From: a virus
Length of the DNA: 64,000 bases
IMG/VR virus record: IMGVR_UViG_3300044695_005756
Coordinates: 1-64,000 of that record
Direction: 5' to 3' (one strand)
Part shown: positions 18,780 through 28,426 of the stretch, piece by piece
Numbering within the stretch: the stretch's first letter is position 1
Layout of the letters: each line of letters begins with the position of its first letter
Position numbers and translations under genes: made by a program
Notes under the pieces: generated by a model
Told to the model about the DNA's origin: nothing
Databases searched by the model: none
The model's input: the letters and a program-made list of their open reading frames with translations, nothing else

Positions 18780-19729
18780 TATCCAGTAAAGATTTCTGAT
18801 GGCAATGAACCCATCTGATAAATCTCTTCTTCCAATTGTTTAATTTCTTCTGTCGCTTCATCATAAATCTTTTGCCCATTGAGTGTGACACCACCAGGCA
18901 TTTGAATACCTTCAAACTTTTTGAGATTGTTGCCCCATTGTTGTTTGATTTTTGCTGTTGCTAATTGTTTGAGAAAACGATCATTCCATACATCCGTTGT
19001 ACCTTCAATTGAAATGGCTGAATTACTATGCGTCAATGTTGGTGGTCCGACTAATGTTAGACTCGTAGGAGATTCTATATTACCTACTTGTTTAGATTCA
19101 TTGCCGATTGTAATAAAATCAAACGGCACAATTTCTTGATCAAACTTTGTGCTATAGCCTATTACGGTATTTGATGAAGGATCACATGTAACTGTGCCCG
19201 TTAGTGTAACCGTTTCTGGTCGTAGTACACGATAACATTCAACGACAATCCATTCACCTGGTTCCACATCTCTTGTCCAATCGATATCAAGAAAGACTTT
19301 GTTTTGATGACGATTAAAACGAAACTGTGGTGTACCAGAAAACAACAGATTTAAAGTTCGTAAGTGCTGCATAGTAATTTCATATGACACATATGATACA
19401 GAAGTAAAGTCATACAAGTCATGCAGACGCAACTGATAACGCAAATCGAACATATTGATTGATGCATTTGAATTGTCGAATGGAAAAATACCAGTTACAA
19501 ACTGAATTGCATCTGGACAATAAATCCATTGACGGTCAATATCCGCTTGCGTGATTTGATGTTTCATATATAACTTTTCGGTACCATCATAATGATAGTC
19601 ACGCCAGAAGTTAACGGCATCATCGATTCGATCATCTACTTGATCATCATCTACGTTGATTTCAATAACTGGAAATCCAAGTCTTCGTAAGCAGTAATCT
19701 TTAAATTGTTGTCTAGTTGAGATAGTCAT
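18779..19729 (-). CDS. 13: Neck protein gp13
   Basis: YCLRRLGFPVIEINVDDDQ, QWGNNLKKF.G.QMPGGVTLNG. Confidence 0.93.
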   Translation of the reverse strand: MTISTRQQFKDYCLRRLGFPVIEINVDDDQVDDRIDDAVNFWRDYHYDGTEKLYMKHQITQADIDRQWIYCPDAIQFVTGIFPFDNSNASINMFDLRYQLRLHDLYDFTSVSYVSYEITMQHLRTLNLLFSGTPQFRFNRHQNKVFLDIDWTRDVEPGEWIVVECYRVLRPETVTLTGTVTCDPSSNTVIGYSTKFDQEIVPFDFITIGNESKQVGNIESPTSLTLVGPPTLTHSNSAISIEGTTDVWNDRFLKQLATAKIKQQWGNNLKKFEGIQMPGGVTLNGQKIYDEATEEIKQLEEEIYQMGSLPSEIFTG

Positions 19730-19747
19730 AAGTTTATATAGTTCTTG

Positions 19748-22700
19748 TTATGATACACTTCCCATAATTACACAAACAGTAGGACTTACAAACAATATTG
19801 TTGCAACGCCTCTTGTGGCAAGACTGACTGAAGATACATCCAAATTAAAACCTGCAATGTAGGCAGTAGTGATGCTGCAAGTAATAGTTACACTAGCACC
19901 TGTATTATTAAAGATTGAGATTGCATCACCAGCAGCAAAGACATTATTTGGAATTATAATAGAACCACCTGTGCCAATTTCAACAAATTCACCTACATCA
20001 GTTACCTCTAATGTGTACTGAGATGTTTTTTGTCCTACAGCAGGTATGTTTCTGAAACCCATTGTAAAACTTTGGTCTGGTATAGTGATTGTTCTGCTTG
20101 CAGTTAAAGTATCAGGAACAATAGTTGCTGAATAAGAACTTGTTCCTCCAGAACGTCCTTTGATGGTAATTGAATCTTGTGTCGTAGCATTTTCAACCAC
20201 AAGTCCATCTGTAGAACTAACCGTAACTTTAGCTGTAACTGTACCGCCATTGTTTGCGTCTAATGAATTATTCGCACGAATGAAAGCTGCGTTAGCGTGT
20301 AAGAAAGATGCATTTGTTGAGTCAAATATTGTATTCGTTCTTACTAATAAATCAATTCCCTTTGTTAAAACATACGTTGAATGTAAGTTAGCATTGAGAG
20401 TATCAATTACAAAAGAAGGATCAGTAATATCAATATTATTATTTTCTCCAACTTCAGGAGTATAACCTTTAAATAAGTACCATTCTTTTGTTACTGAATC
20501 ACGAATCAAACCTGAATGAGCATTTGTGCCATCATTATAATGACCAGCAAATCCTAAATCTTTCAAATCTGAGATATAATTTCCTGCACCAAGAACAATT
20601 ACTGTATCATTTGCAACCAACGTAGTCGCATTTACACTAAATGTTTGACCAGTAACAACTAAGTTACCCACAAACAAGTTATTGGTAACAGTCAAACTAC
20701 CAGTGATTGTACCACCATTATTTGCGTCAATTGAATTGTTTGCGCGAATAAATGCAGCGTTTGCTGTATTAAATGCTGGCTGAACTTGTGGTGCTACATT
20801 ATTAGCCGAATTGAAAGCTGCATTCGCATGATCATAAGCCGAATTTGATTGTATGAATCCAGAATTCGCATGAATAAATGCAGCGTTTGCGGTATTAAAT
20901 GCTGGCTGAACTTGTGGTGCTACATTATTAGCCGAATTGAAAGCTGCATTCGCATGATCATACGCCGAATTCGCTTGAATAAATCCAGAATTAGATTGAT
21001 TACGGGCGTATTGGTCTATTGATCCAGCCGCAATAGTGTTGGCAAAAACAAAAGCCGCATTTGCATGATCAAACGAAGCATTGGCTTGTATGAATCCAGA
21101 ATTTACATGAATGAATGCAGCGTTCGCTTGAATGAATCCAGAATTGGCGTGATCACGGGAATATTGATCTACTGATCCTGCTGAAAGTGTGTTAGCCCAA
21201 ATAAATGCGGCGTTAGCATGATCATATGCAGAATTTGTTTTTATGAATCCAGAATTCGCATGAATAAACGCAGCGTTAGCATATTCACCAGTCGAATTCT
21301 GTGACTGATATGCAGAGTTGGCATGAACAAATGCAGAATTGGCATATTGTCCAGTTGCGTTTTGGCTTTGATATGCGGCATTCGCATGATCAAAAGATGC
21401 ATTGGCTTTGATAAATGCGGAGTTGGCGTATGATGATGCAGCAGAACCACCTAAATCATCATAATTTGTGCCGTCATTTGTAAACTGCCATCTATCCAAT
21501 GTTTCATTCCATAACAGATAAACATTGGCAGAAGAACCTCTATCAACTTCTATTCCAGCATCTACGGTAGGAGCAGAAGACTGATCTATTGCCGCATTTA
21601 ATGTAATAATGTTATCAGCAATAAGAATTGTTGATGTGTTTACATATGTTGTTTGTCCAGTTACAGTCAAGTTACCTGTAATACGAACATCACCTGTAAC
21701 GGTACCACCATTGTTAGCGTCTAATGCATTGTTAGCACGAATAAATGCAGCGTTGGCATATTGACCTGTTGCATTTTGTGATTGATATGCCGAATTTGCA
21801 TGATCAAAAGATGCATTTGTTTGGATGAATCCGCTGTTCGCATGGATAAATGCACCGTTAGCTAATGTGAATGCTGCATTGGCATATTGACCTGTTGCAT
21901 TTTGACTTATGTACGCAGCATTAGCATGATCGAATCCAGAATTGGCATGAATAAATGCCGCGTTCGCATATTGACCTGTAGCATTCTGCGATTGATAAGC
22001 CGAGTTCGCATGATTGAATGCATAATTCGCATGTAAGAATGATGAATTTGCTTGAATAAATCCACTATTTGCATGATCGAAAGATGCATTTGCTTGAATA
22101 AATCCACTATTTGCATGAATGTAAGCAGCGTTAGCGGCAGCAAAAGCACCATTAGCGTTAGCAAAAGCGGCATTAGCAGCAGCAAAAGCACCATTCGCGT
22201 TGGCAAACGCAGCATTCGCGTGATCATAAGAACTGTTTGCTTGGATAAATCCACTATTTGCATGATCAAAGGATGAATTAGTTTTTATGAATCCGCTGTT
22301 CGCATGAATGAATGCGGCATTAGTATCATGGTACGCAGAGTTAGCTTGAATGAATCCAGAATTTGCGTGATCAAAAGATGCATTCGCTTGAATGAATCCA
22401 CTATTCGCATGATCGTAAGCGGCATTTGATTTTGCAAATGCACCATTAGCATTTGCGAATGCAGCATTAGCTTTGGCAAAAGCCCCGTTAGCGTTAGCAA
22501 ATGCAGCATTGGCATCATGATACGCCGAGTTTGCTTGGATAAATCCACTATTCGCATGATAGAAAGCGGAGTTCGCATAATGACCAGTTGCATTCTGACT
22601 TAGATACGCAGCATTCGCGTGATCGTATGCAGAATTTGTTTTTATGAATCCAGAGTTTGCGTGGATAAATGCCGCATTGGTATCATGATAAGCTGAATTG

Positions 22701-25700
22701 GCTTGGATGAATCCAGAATTCGCGTGATGATATGCATCATTTGCTTTTGCATAAGCGGCATTTGCGTTTGCAAAAGCATAGTTAGCATGATGAAAAGCAG
22801 AATTTGTTTGTATAAATCCACTATTTGCGTGAATGAATGCAGCGTTTGTTAAATCAAAGATTATATTTGTTCTTGGTAATAAATCAATACCTTTAATTGT
22901 AACAAAAGTCGAACGTAAATTGGCGTGAAGAGTATCGATTTCAAAAGAAGGATCATTGAGATCGACGTTATTATTTTCTCCAATTTCAGGAGTATAACCT
23001 TTGAACAGATGCCATTCTTTTGTGGTAGCATCTCGGATAAGACCCGAATGAGCATTTGTGCCATCGTTATAGTGACCAGCAAATCCTAAATCTCTAGTGT
23101 CGGCAAAATAGTTACCCTCTCCTAATACAATAACTGTATCGTTAGAGACAAGTGTTCCTGCATTGATACTAAATGTTTGACCTGTAACAAATATATTGCC
23201 TACAAATAAATTATTGGTAACAGTCAAACTACCAGTAATCGTACCACCATTATTTGCGTCAATCGAATTATTGGCTCTTAAAAATGCAGCATTCGCATAT
23301 TGACCTGTAGCATTCTGTGAGATATACGCAGCATTTGTGTGATCGTATGCACTATTTGCTTGTATGAATCCGCTGTTTGCATGATCGAATGCTGAATTAG
23401 TTTTAATGAATGCAGCATTAGCGTCATGATACGCAGAGTTAGCTTGAATAAATGCCGAGTTTGCATGATGATATCCATCATTTGCTTTTGCATAAGCGGC
23501 ATTTGCGTTTGCAAATGCATAAGAAGTGTAGACGTATAAATCTACAGTTCCATTTGAGCCAAAGAAGTAGTTTGAGAAAATGGCATTTGCACCAGTAATG
23601 CTTCCATTTCCACCAACTGTTGTAACTGATTCTGTTGTTATGTTACCAGTAACACTAAATTCACCTGCAACATTAATCGACGCTGATACATTACCACCAA
23701 CGTTGGCATCTAACGAATTGTTTGCGCGAATAAATGCAGCGTTTGCTGTATCAAATGCTGAATTCGTTTTTATGAATGCAGAGTTGGCATGATTAAATGC
23801 ATAGTTTGTATGCAAGAATGCCGAATTTGTTTTAATGAATGCGGAGTTAGCATGAATGAAAGCGGCATTTGCGTATTGACCAGTTGCATTCTGTGAGATG
23901 TACGCAGCATTAGCATGATCGTAAGACGAATTTGTTTTAATAAACGCAGAGTTTGCATGTAAGAAAGATGCATTAGCATGTAAGAATGCAGCGTTTGTAT
24001 CGTGATATGCAGAATTAGCTTGAATAAATCCAGAGTTCGCATGAATGTATGCTGCGTTAGCAGCGGCAAATGCACCGTTGGCATTTGCGAATGCTGCATT
24101 AGCTTTAGCGAAAGCACCGTTGGCATTTGCGAATGCTGCATTAGCATCATGATACGCACTATTTGCTTGAATAAATCCAGAGTTCGCATGGATGTAAGCC
24201 GCATTAGCAGCAGCAAAAGCACCATTTGCATTAGCAAAAGCAGCGTTAGCTTTAGCAAAAGCACCATTCGCATTGGCAAACGCGGCGTTGGCATCGTGGT
24301 ATGCACTATTTGCTTGGATAAATCCAGAGTTTGCGTGATGAAACGCCGCGTTTGCATCATGATACGCAGAGTTTGCTTGGATGAATCCACTATTCGCATG
24401 ATTGAACGAATAATTTGCATGTAAGAATGCAGAATTCGTTTTTATAAATGCTGAATTGGCATGAATAAATGCTGCATTGGCATCGTGATATGCGGAGTTT
24501 GCTTGAATGAATCCAGAGTTTGCATGATCAAAAGATGCATTCGCTTTGATAAATGCAGAGTTGGCATACGATGATGCTGAAGTTGCACCTAAATCATCAT
24601 AACCAATACCGTCATTCGTAAATTGCCACTTATCTAGTGTTTCATTCCACAACAGATATACATTTGCCAAAGCACCGCGATCAACTTCAACTCCTGCGTC
24701 AGAAATAGGTGTCTGTGACTGATTTACTGCTGCATTGAGTGTAATAATATTGTCGGCAATTAATACCGTAGAAGTGTTTACATATGTTGTCTGTCCAGTT
24801 ACAGTCAAGTTACCTGTAATACGAACATCACCTGTAACCGTACCACCAACATTCGCATCAAGTGCATTGTTGGCACGAATGTATGCATAATTTGCATGTA
24901 AGAATGCAGAGTTTGTTTTTATGAATGCACTATTCGCTTGAATGTATGCTGCATTAGATTTGGCAAAAGCACCATTTGCATTTGCAAATGCGGAGTTGGC
25001 TTGTCTGAATGCACCGTTGGCATATACACCAGCAGAATTCGCTGCAATAAATGCACCATTGGCGTTTGCAAAAGTTGCATTCGCTTGAATATAAGCGGAA
25101 TTTGCGTGTATGAATCCTGAATTTGCGTGTATGTAAGCTGCATTTGATTTAGCAAAAGCACCGTTAGCGTTTGCGAATGCTGCATTTGCGTGATCATAAG
25201 AAGAATTCGCATGAATAAATGCTGCGTTGGCATATTGTCCTGTTGCATTCTGTGACAAATAAGCTGCATTAGCTAAATCAAAAGCCGCATTTGTTTGAAT
25301 GAAACTTGAATTCGCATGAATAAACGCACCATTTGCTACCGTAAATGCAGCGTTCGCATATTGACCTGTTGCATTTTGGCTTAGGTATGCCGCATTAGCA
25401 AGATCAAATGCTGCGTTAGTTTGAATAAATGCGCTATTTGCTTGAATATATGCAGCATTAGCGGCGGCATATGCGCCATTCGCATTAGCAAAAGCAGCGT
25501 TTGCGTGATGAAATCCAGAATTCGCATGAATGAATGCACCATTAGCTACTGTAAATGCAGCATTTGCATAATTGCCAGTTGCGTTCTGTGATTGATACGC
25601 AGAATTTGCATGTATGAATGCTGATTGAGCGTGAGTTATTCCTGCATTAGCTTGAATAAATCCAGAATTTGCGTGGATAAATGCTGCGTTGGCATATTGA

Positions 25701-26800
25701 CCAGTTGCATTTTGTGAGATATAAGATGCGTTTGCGTGATCAAAAGATGCATTTGCTTTAATGAATGCCGAGTTGGCGTAAGAAGATGCGGAAGAACCAC
25801 CTAAATCGTCATAACCTACACCATCGTTTGTAAACTGCCATTTCTCTAGAGTTTCATTCCACAACAAGTAGACGTTAGACAAAGCGCCGCGATCAACTTC
25901 AATTCCTGCATCGGCAACTGGAATTGATGACTGATTGATTGCAGCATTTAATGTAATGATATTATCAGCAATTAATACAGTTGAAGTATTAACATATGTT
26001 GTATTACCTGTGACAGTAAGATTACCTGTAATACGAACATCACCTGTAACTGTACCGCCAACATTCGCACTCAGAGAATTGTTTGCTCTTAAAAATGCTG
26101 CATTGGCATATTCACCTGTTGCATTTTGACTTTGATATGCGGCATTTGCATGTACGAAAGCCGAGTTCGCGTATTGTCCAGTGGCATTTTGAGAAATGTA
26201 ACTAGAGTTGGCATGATTAAACGCGGCATTTGTTTTTATAAACGAACTATTTGCGTGAATAAAAGCAGCATTAGCGTCATGATACGCAGAGTTGGCTTGG
26301 TTAAATGCTGCATTAGCATATTGACCAGTTGCATTCTGTGATTGGTAAGCGGAGTTCGCATGTAAGAATGCAGCGTTTGTTTTAATAAATGCTGAGTTGG
26401 CATGAATAAAGCCAGCGTTAGCGTGAATGAATGCCGCGTTAGCTTGAGTGAATGCTGAGTTTGTATATTCACCAGTTGCATTTTGACTTAAAAATGCAGC
26501 GTTTGCTCTATCGAATGCAAGATTTACTTGTGCAAAACTAGAGTTTGCATGAATGAATGCAGCGTTAGCATATTGACCAGTCGCATTTTGTGAGATGTAA
26601 GATGCGTTCGCATGGTCAAATGCGGAATTAGTTTTAATGAACGCGGAGTTGGCATGTAAAAATGCGGCGTTCTGTGAAATGTAAGATGCGTTTGCATGAT
26701 CGAATGATGCGTTTGCTTTAATGAAAGCACCGTTTGCTTGTGCATATGCGGCTGTGACATTAGTGAGTGTGCTATTTGCCGCTTCAAACGCGCCATTCGA
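19748..26800 (-). repeat. 21-bp/7-aa coding repeat (ANxAFxH type) with 3 copies of module A and 2 of module B
   Basis: Module A (GDVRITGNLTV...DAGIEVDRG...WNET..KWQFTNDG) at ~25770-26090, ~24560-24870, ~21430-21740; module B (DLGFAGHYNDGTNAHSGLIRD) at ~22850-23280 and ~20310-20745. Confidence 0.9.
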
Positions 26801-26986
26801 ACGATCAAATGCGTAGATTGAACGTAGATACGATTCATATCCACCAATAGGTACTGCTCCTGTTCCAGCTGGAGTTCCTATGTATAACGTATTACTGCTG
26901 TATGAATAACCTGGTTCACCAACATTTAGTGAAGATGGCGCGTTTGTTACTAATGATCTTTTTATTTGAATAGGTGTATTTGCCAT
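19748..26986 (-). CDS. Giant segmented coiled-coil fibre protein (2412 aa)
   Basis: N-terminus IQIKRS..P..L..GE resembles the T4 gp37 N-terminus; long (A/T)N(A/S)(A/G/S)(F/Y)xx heptad runs interrupted by repeated beta-rich modules; C-terminal globular domain; occupies the wac position upstream of gp13. Confidence 0.8.
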   Translation of the reverse strand: MANTPIQIKRSLVTNAPSSLNVGEPGYSYSSNTLYIGTPAGTGAVPIGGYESYLRSIYAFDRSNGAFEAANSTLTNVTAAYAQANGAFIKANASFDHANASYISQNAAFLHANSAFIKTNSAFDHANASYISQNATGQYANAAFIHANSSFAQVNLAFDRANAAFLSQNATGEYTNSAFTQANAAFIHANAGFIHANSAFIKTNAAFLHANSAYQSQNATGQYANAAFNQANSAYHDANAAFIHANSSFIKTNAAFNHANSSYISQNATGQYANSAFVHANAAYQSQNATGEYANAAFLRANNSLSANVGGTVTGDVRITGNLTVTGNTTYVNTSTVLIADNIITLNAAINQSSIPVADAGIEVDRGALSNVYLLWNETLEKWQFTNDGVGYDDLGGSSASSYANSAFIKANASFDHANASYISQNATGQYANAAFIHANSGFIQANAGITHAQSAFIHANSAYQSQNATGNYANAAFTVANGAFIHANSGFHHANAAFANANGAYAAANAAYIQANSAFIQTNAAFDLANAAYLSQNATGQYANAAFTVANGAFIHANSSFIQTNAAFDLANAAYLSQNATGQYANAAFIHANSSYDHANAAFANANGAFAKSNAAYIHANSGFIHANSAYIQANATFANANGAFIAANSAGVYANGAFRQANSAFANANGAFAKSNAAYIQANSAFIKTNSAFLHANYAYIRANNALDANVGGTVTGDVRITGNLTVTGQTTYVNTSTVLIADNIITLNAAVNQSQTPISDAGVEVDRGALANVYLLWNETLDKWQFTNDGIGYDDLGATSASSYANSAFIKANASFDHANSGFIQANSAYHDANAAFIHANSAFIKTNSAFLHANYSFNHANSGFIQANSAYHDANAAFHHANSGFIQANSAYHDANAAFANANGAFAKANAAFANANGAFAAANAAYIHANSGFIQANSAYHDANAAFANANGAFAKANAAFANANGAFAAANAAYIHANSGFIQANSAYHDTNAAFLHANASFLHANSAFIKTNSSYDHANAAYISQNATGQYANAAFIHANSAFIKTNSAFLHTNYAFNHANSAFIKTNSAFDTANAAFIRANNSLDANVGGNVSASINVAGEFSVTGNITTESVTTVGGNGSITGANAIFSNYFFGSNGTVDLYVYTSYAFANANAAYAKANDGYHHANSAFIQANSAYHDANAAFIKTNSAFDHANSGFIQANSAYDHTNAAYISQNATGQYANAAFLRANNSIDANNGGTITGSLTVTNNLFVGNIFVTGQTFSINAGTLVSNDTVIVLGEGNYFADTRDLGFAGHYNDGTNAHSGLIRDATTKEWHLFKGYTPEIGENNNVDLNDPSFEIDTLHANLRSTFVTIKGIDLLPRTNIIFDLTNAAFIHANSGFIQTNSAFHHANYAFANANAAYAKANDAYHHANSGFIQANSAYHDTNAAFIHANSGFIKTNSAYDHANAAYLSQNATGHYANSAFYHANSGFIQANSAYHDANAAFANANGAFAKANAAFANANGAFAKSNAAYDHANSGFIQANASFDHANSGFIQANSAYHDTNAAFIHANSGFIKTNSSFDHANSGFIQANSSYDHANAAFANANGAFAAANAAFANANGAFAAANAAYIHANSGFIQANASFDHANSGFIQANSSFLHANYAFNHANSAYQSQNATGQYANAAFIHANSGFDHANAAYISQNATGQYANAAFTLANGAFIHANSGFIQTNASFDHANSAYQSQNATGQYANAAFIRANNALDANNGGTVTGDVRITGNLTVTGQTTYVNTSTILIADNIITLNAAIDQSSAPTVDAGIEVDRGSSANVYLLWNETLDRWQFTNDGTNYDDLGGSAASSYANSAFIKANASFDHANAAYQSQNATGQYANSAFVHANSAYQSQNSTGEYANAAFIHANSGFIKTNSAYDHANAAFIWANTLSAGSVDQYSRDHANSGFIQANAAFIHVNSGFIQANASFDHANAAFVFANTIAAGSIDQYARNQSNSGFIQANSAYDHANAAFNSANNVAPQVQPAFNTANAAFIHANSGFIQSNSAYDHANAAFNSANNVAPQVQPAFNTANAAFIRANNSIDANNGGTITGSLTVTNNLFVGNLVVTGQTFSVNATTLVANDTVIVLGAGNYISDLKDLGFAGHYNDGTNAHSGLIRDSVTKEWYLFKGYTPEVGENNNIDITDPSFVIDTLNANLHSTYVLTKGIDLLVRTNTIFDSTNASFLHANAAFIRANNSLDANNGGTVTAKVTVSSTDGLVVENATTQDSITIKGRSGGTSSYSATIVPDTLTASRTITIPDQSFTMGFRNIPAVGQKTSQYTLEVTDVGEFVEIGTGGSIIIPNNVFAAGDAISIFNNTGASVTITCSITTAYIAGFNLDVSSVSLATRGVATILFVSPTVCVIMGSVS
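20746..20971. repeat. Near-perfect tandem duplication, 126-bp period
   Basis: 20746-20845 vs 20872-20971 (encodes AYDHANAAFNSANNVAPQVQPAFNTANAAFI twice). Confidence 0.85.
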
Positions 26987-26989
26987 TTT

Positions 26990-27214
26990 TTAAAATTGAC
27001 CTCCGTCAACTTTCTCAATAACAGCCGTGGCAATTTTAAATTCGTAACGATTATTTGCGGAATTAAAAGCTAAAAATTTTCCATCTTCAACGCCGGCGGT
27101 TGAGACATCATTTATTTCAGACAACGAAATATTTGGTTTTGGACGAAAATCGGAAGCAGAAATCGTTGTGCGATTTGGTTGACGAATTGTGACTGTACCA
27201 AGATTGAGTGACAT
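26990..27214 (-). CDS. Small fibre-associated/adaptor protein
   Basis: LSEINDV...DG..L.FN...RYE and terminal VDGGQF, motifs typical of phage fibre linkers. Confidence 0.55.
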   Translation of the reverse strand: MSLNLGTVTIRQPNRTTISASDFRPKPNISLSEINDVSTAGVEDGKFLAFNSANNRYEFKIATAVIEKVDGGQF

Positions 27215-27217
27215 GAT

Positions 27218-27553
27218 TTACCTCGTTACAGAAGGCAATATGATTGCGGTTCCTTCAATCACTCTGGTTTTAGAATTATCTACAGTATTCGTAATTACCA
27301 GATCATAAACATATCTTCCAGGAGTTAATACTGCTGTATTAGCAGCAGTCATAGACAAAGTAATTTGTCCGTTGGCGTTTCCTGTTACGGTTGCCGTAAG
27401 AGTATTTGCTGATGAAGAATAATAAGATTTGCGAAGTTGAGAAGATGCAGTATAATTTGTTAGATTAACTGCATCTCCTTCTACGTCATTGACTGTGACG
27501 ATGGATGTTAAATTCGCACCCTGTTCAATAGTTAGTTCTAGATAAGCAGCCAA
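27218..27553 (-). CDS. Small Ig/BppU-like virion structural protein (TTG start)
   Basis: L.IEQGA, NLTNYTASSQLRK, ITLSM....T..L.PGRYVYD, RVIEG...I.PSVT; strong SD GAGGGG. Confidence 0.7.
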   Translation of the reverse strand: MAAYLELTIEQGANLTSIVTVNDVEGDAVNLTNYTASSQLRKSYYSSSANTLTATVTGNANGQITLSMTAANTAVLTPGRYVYDLVITNTVDNSKTRVIEGTAIILPSVTR

Positions 27554-27558
27554 GATAA

Positions 27559-27596
27559 TTTCCCCTCTTTGATGTACTATTTAGTCAAAAGGGAAA
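27559..27596 (-). promoter_or_regulatory. Hairpin sequestering the SD of the 27553 gene, with late promoter ACTAAATA at its loop
   Basis: TTTCCCTTTTGA-CTAAATAGTACA-TCAAAGAGGGGAAA on minus strand. Confidence 0.65.
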
Positions 27597-27617
27597 CTAA
27601 CCTGGCTACCTCATAAA

Positions 27618-27725
27618 CTATCCACCAATCGAAATGCTTGATGCTGGCTCACCTGATATAGAACCCTGTGCAGGAACTACTGTGACAACTGCACCAGAAA
27701 AAAACGTCATTATGATTCCGCTCAT
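27618..27725 (-). CDS. 35-aa mini-ORF (not in track)
   Basis: MSGIIMTFFSGAVVTVVPAQGSISGEPASSISIGG*; ATG directly abuts the upstream TAA with GAGG upstream; fills an otherwise empty gap. Confidence 0.5.
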   Translation of the reverse strand: MSGIIMTFFSGAVVTVVPAQGSISGEPASSISIGG

Positions 27726-27992
27726 TTAAATACCTCTTGCGAAAACTACAGTATCTTTATCAATAAAGACTGCATTGATTAAACCTCGTGGTGGAAACTC
27801 AATGAAGTTCATCTTTTTAGCAAATCCAGAACGATATGTGTTTGGAACATCACATTGAATTGTTCCAAACTTGTCGCTGTTATTAAAAAGAATAAGAACA
27901 TCACCTTCAGAAAACTCATTTTCTTCAACAAGAACCAAGTCTTGATCCACGATGTTTATCAATTTATTTACATGTTCTTTTTTCAAAATCAT
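27726..27992 (-). CDS. Stand-alone copy of the fibre C-terminal domain
   Basis: FSEGDVLILFNNSDKFGTIQCDVPNTYRSGF...RGLINAVF aligns with FAAGDAISIFNNTGASVTITCSITTAYIAGF...RGVATILF at the end of the 2412-aa fibre. Confidence 0.65.
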   Translation of the reverse strand: MILKKEHVNKLINIVDQDLVLVEENEFSEGDVLILFNNSDKFGTIQCDVPNTYRSGFAKKMNFIEFPPRGLINAVFIDKDTVVFARGI

Positions 27993-28426
27993 GATTTAGG
28001 ATACTTTTCTTTAATTGAACGAATTTTATTTGTCATGGCAGTCATATCATCACCACCTTTCCAAATCGCATCCAACTGTTCAGCTATTGGTGGATACTCA
28101 TTTTTTCGTTTTACATAATAATCAGGAATCTCAGGTCGAACAATTTCCGATTTACTTATGTCCGCAACGGTAACTTGCCGAGACATTGGATTAGTAATTT
28201 CTCTCGTCTTTGGAGACAAATTATTCCATTCAGTTTCTTTTCTATCTATCTCAGCACATATTGCAGCTTCTTTTGATTGTATGAAACTTGTCAAATCTGT
28301 ATCTAAATTTGATGGAATAAAAATAGCCCAATCATAGACTTCTCCGTTGTGTTCTACTGTAAGTTGTGCTAATAATCGATCATCGTTGGAACCAGCAGGT
28401 CCCAAGCCAGTTATCGCAACACTCAT
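27989..28426 (-). CDS. Putative tail-fibre assembly/chaperone-like protein
   Basis: C-terminal Y..KR..EYPPI.EQLD.IW......I..IKEKYPK motif common in phage fibre clusters. Confidence 0.55.
   Translation of the reverse strand: MSVAITGLGPAGSNDDRLLAQLTVEHNGEVYDWAIFIPSNLDTDLTSFIQSKEAAICAEIDRKETEWNNLSPKTREITNPMSRQVTVADISKSEIVRPEIPDYYVKRKNEYPPIAEQLDAIWKGGDDMTAMTNKIRSIKEKYPKS

Noticed and set aside
21241-26847. Long alternate-frame and antisense ORFs (e.g. 23770-24420, 24002-24424) as overlapping genes or frameshift products
   Set aside because: They are shadows of the low-complexity 21-bp repeat, which rarely creates stops; no RBS or slippery site was identified.
27585-27620. Three in-frame TAG codons after the mini-ORF, suggesting amber recoding
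   Set aside because: All conserved genes are full length under the standard code, and read-through would add only about 11 residues before TGA.
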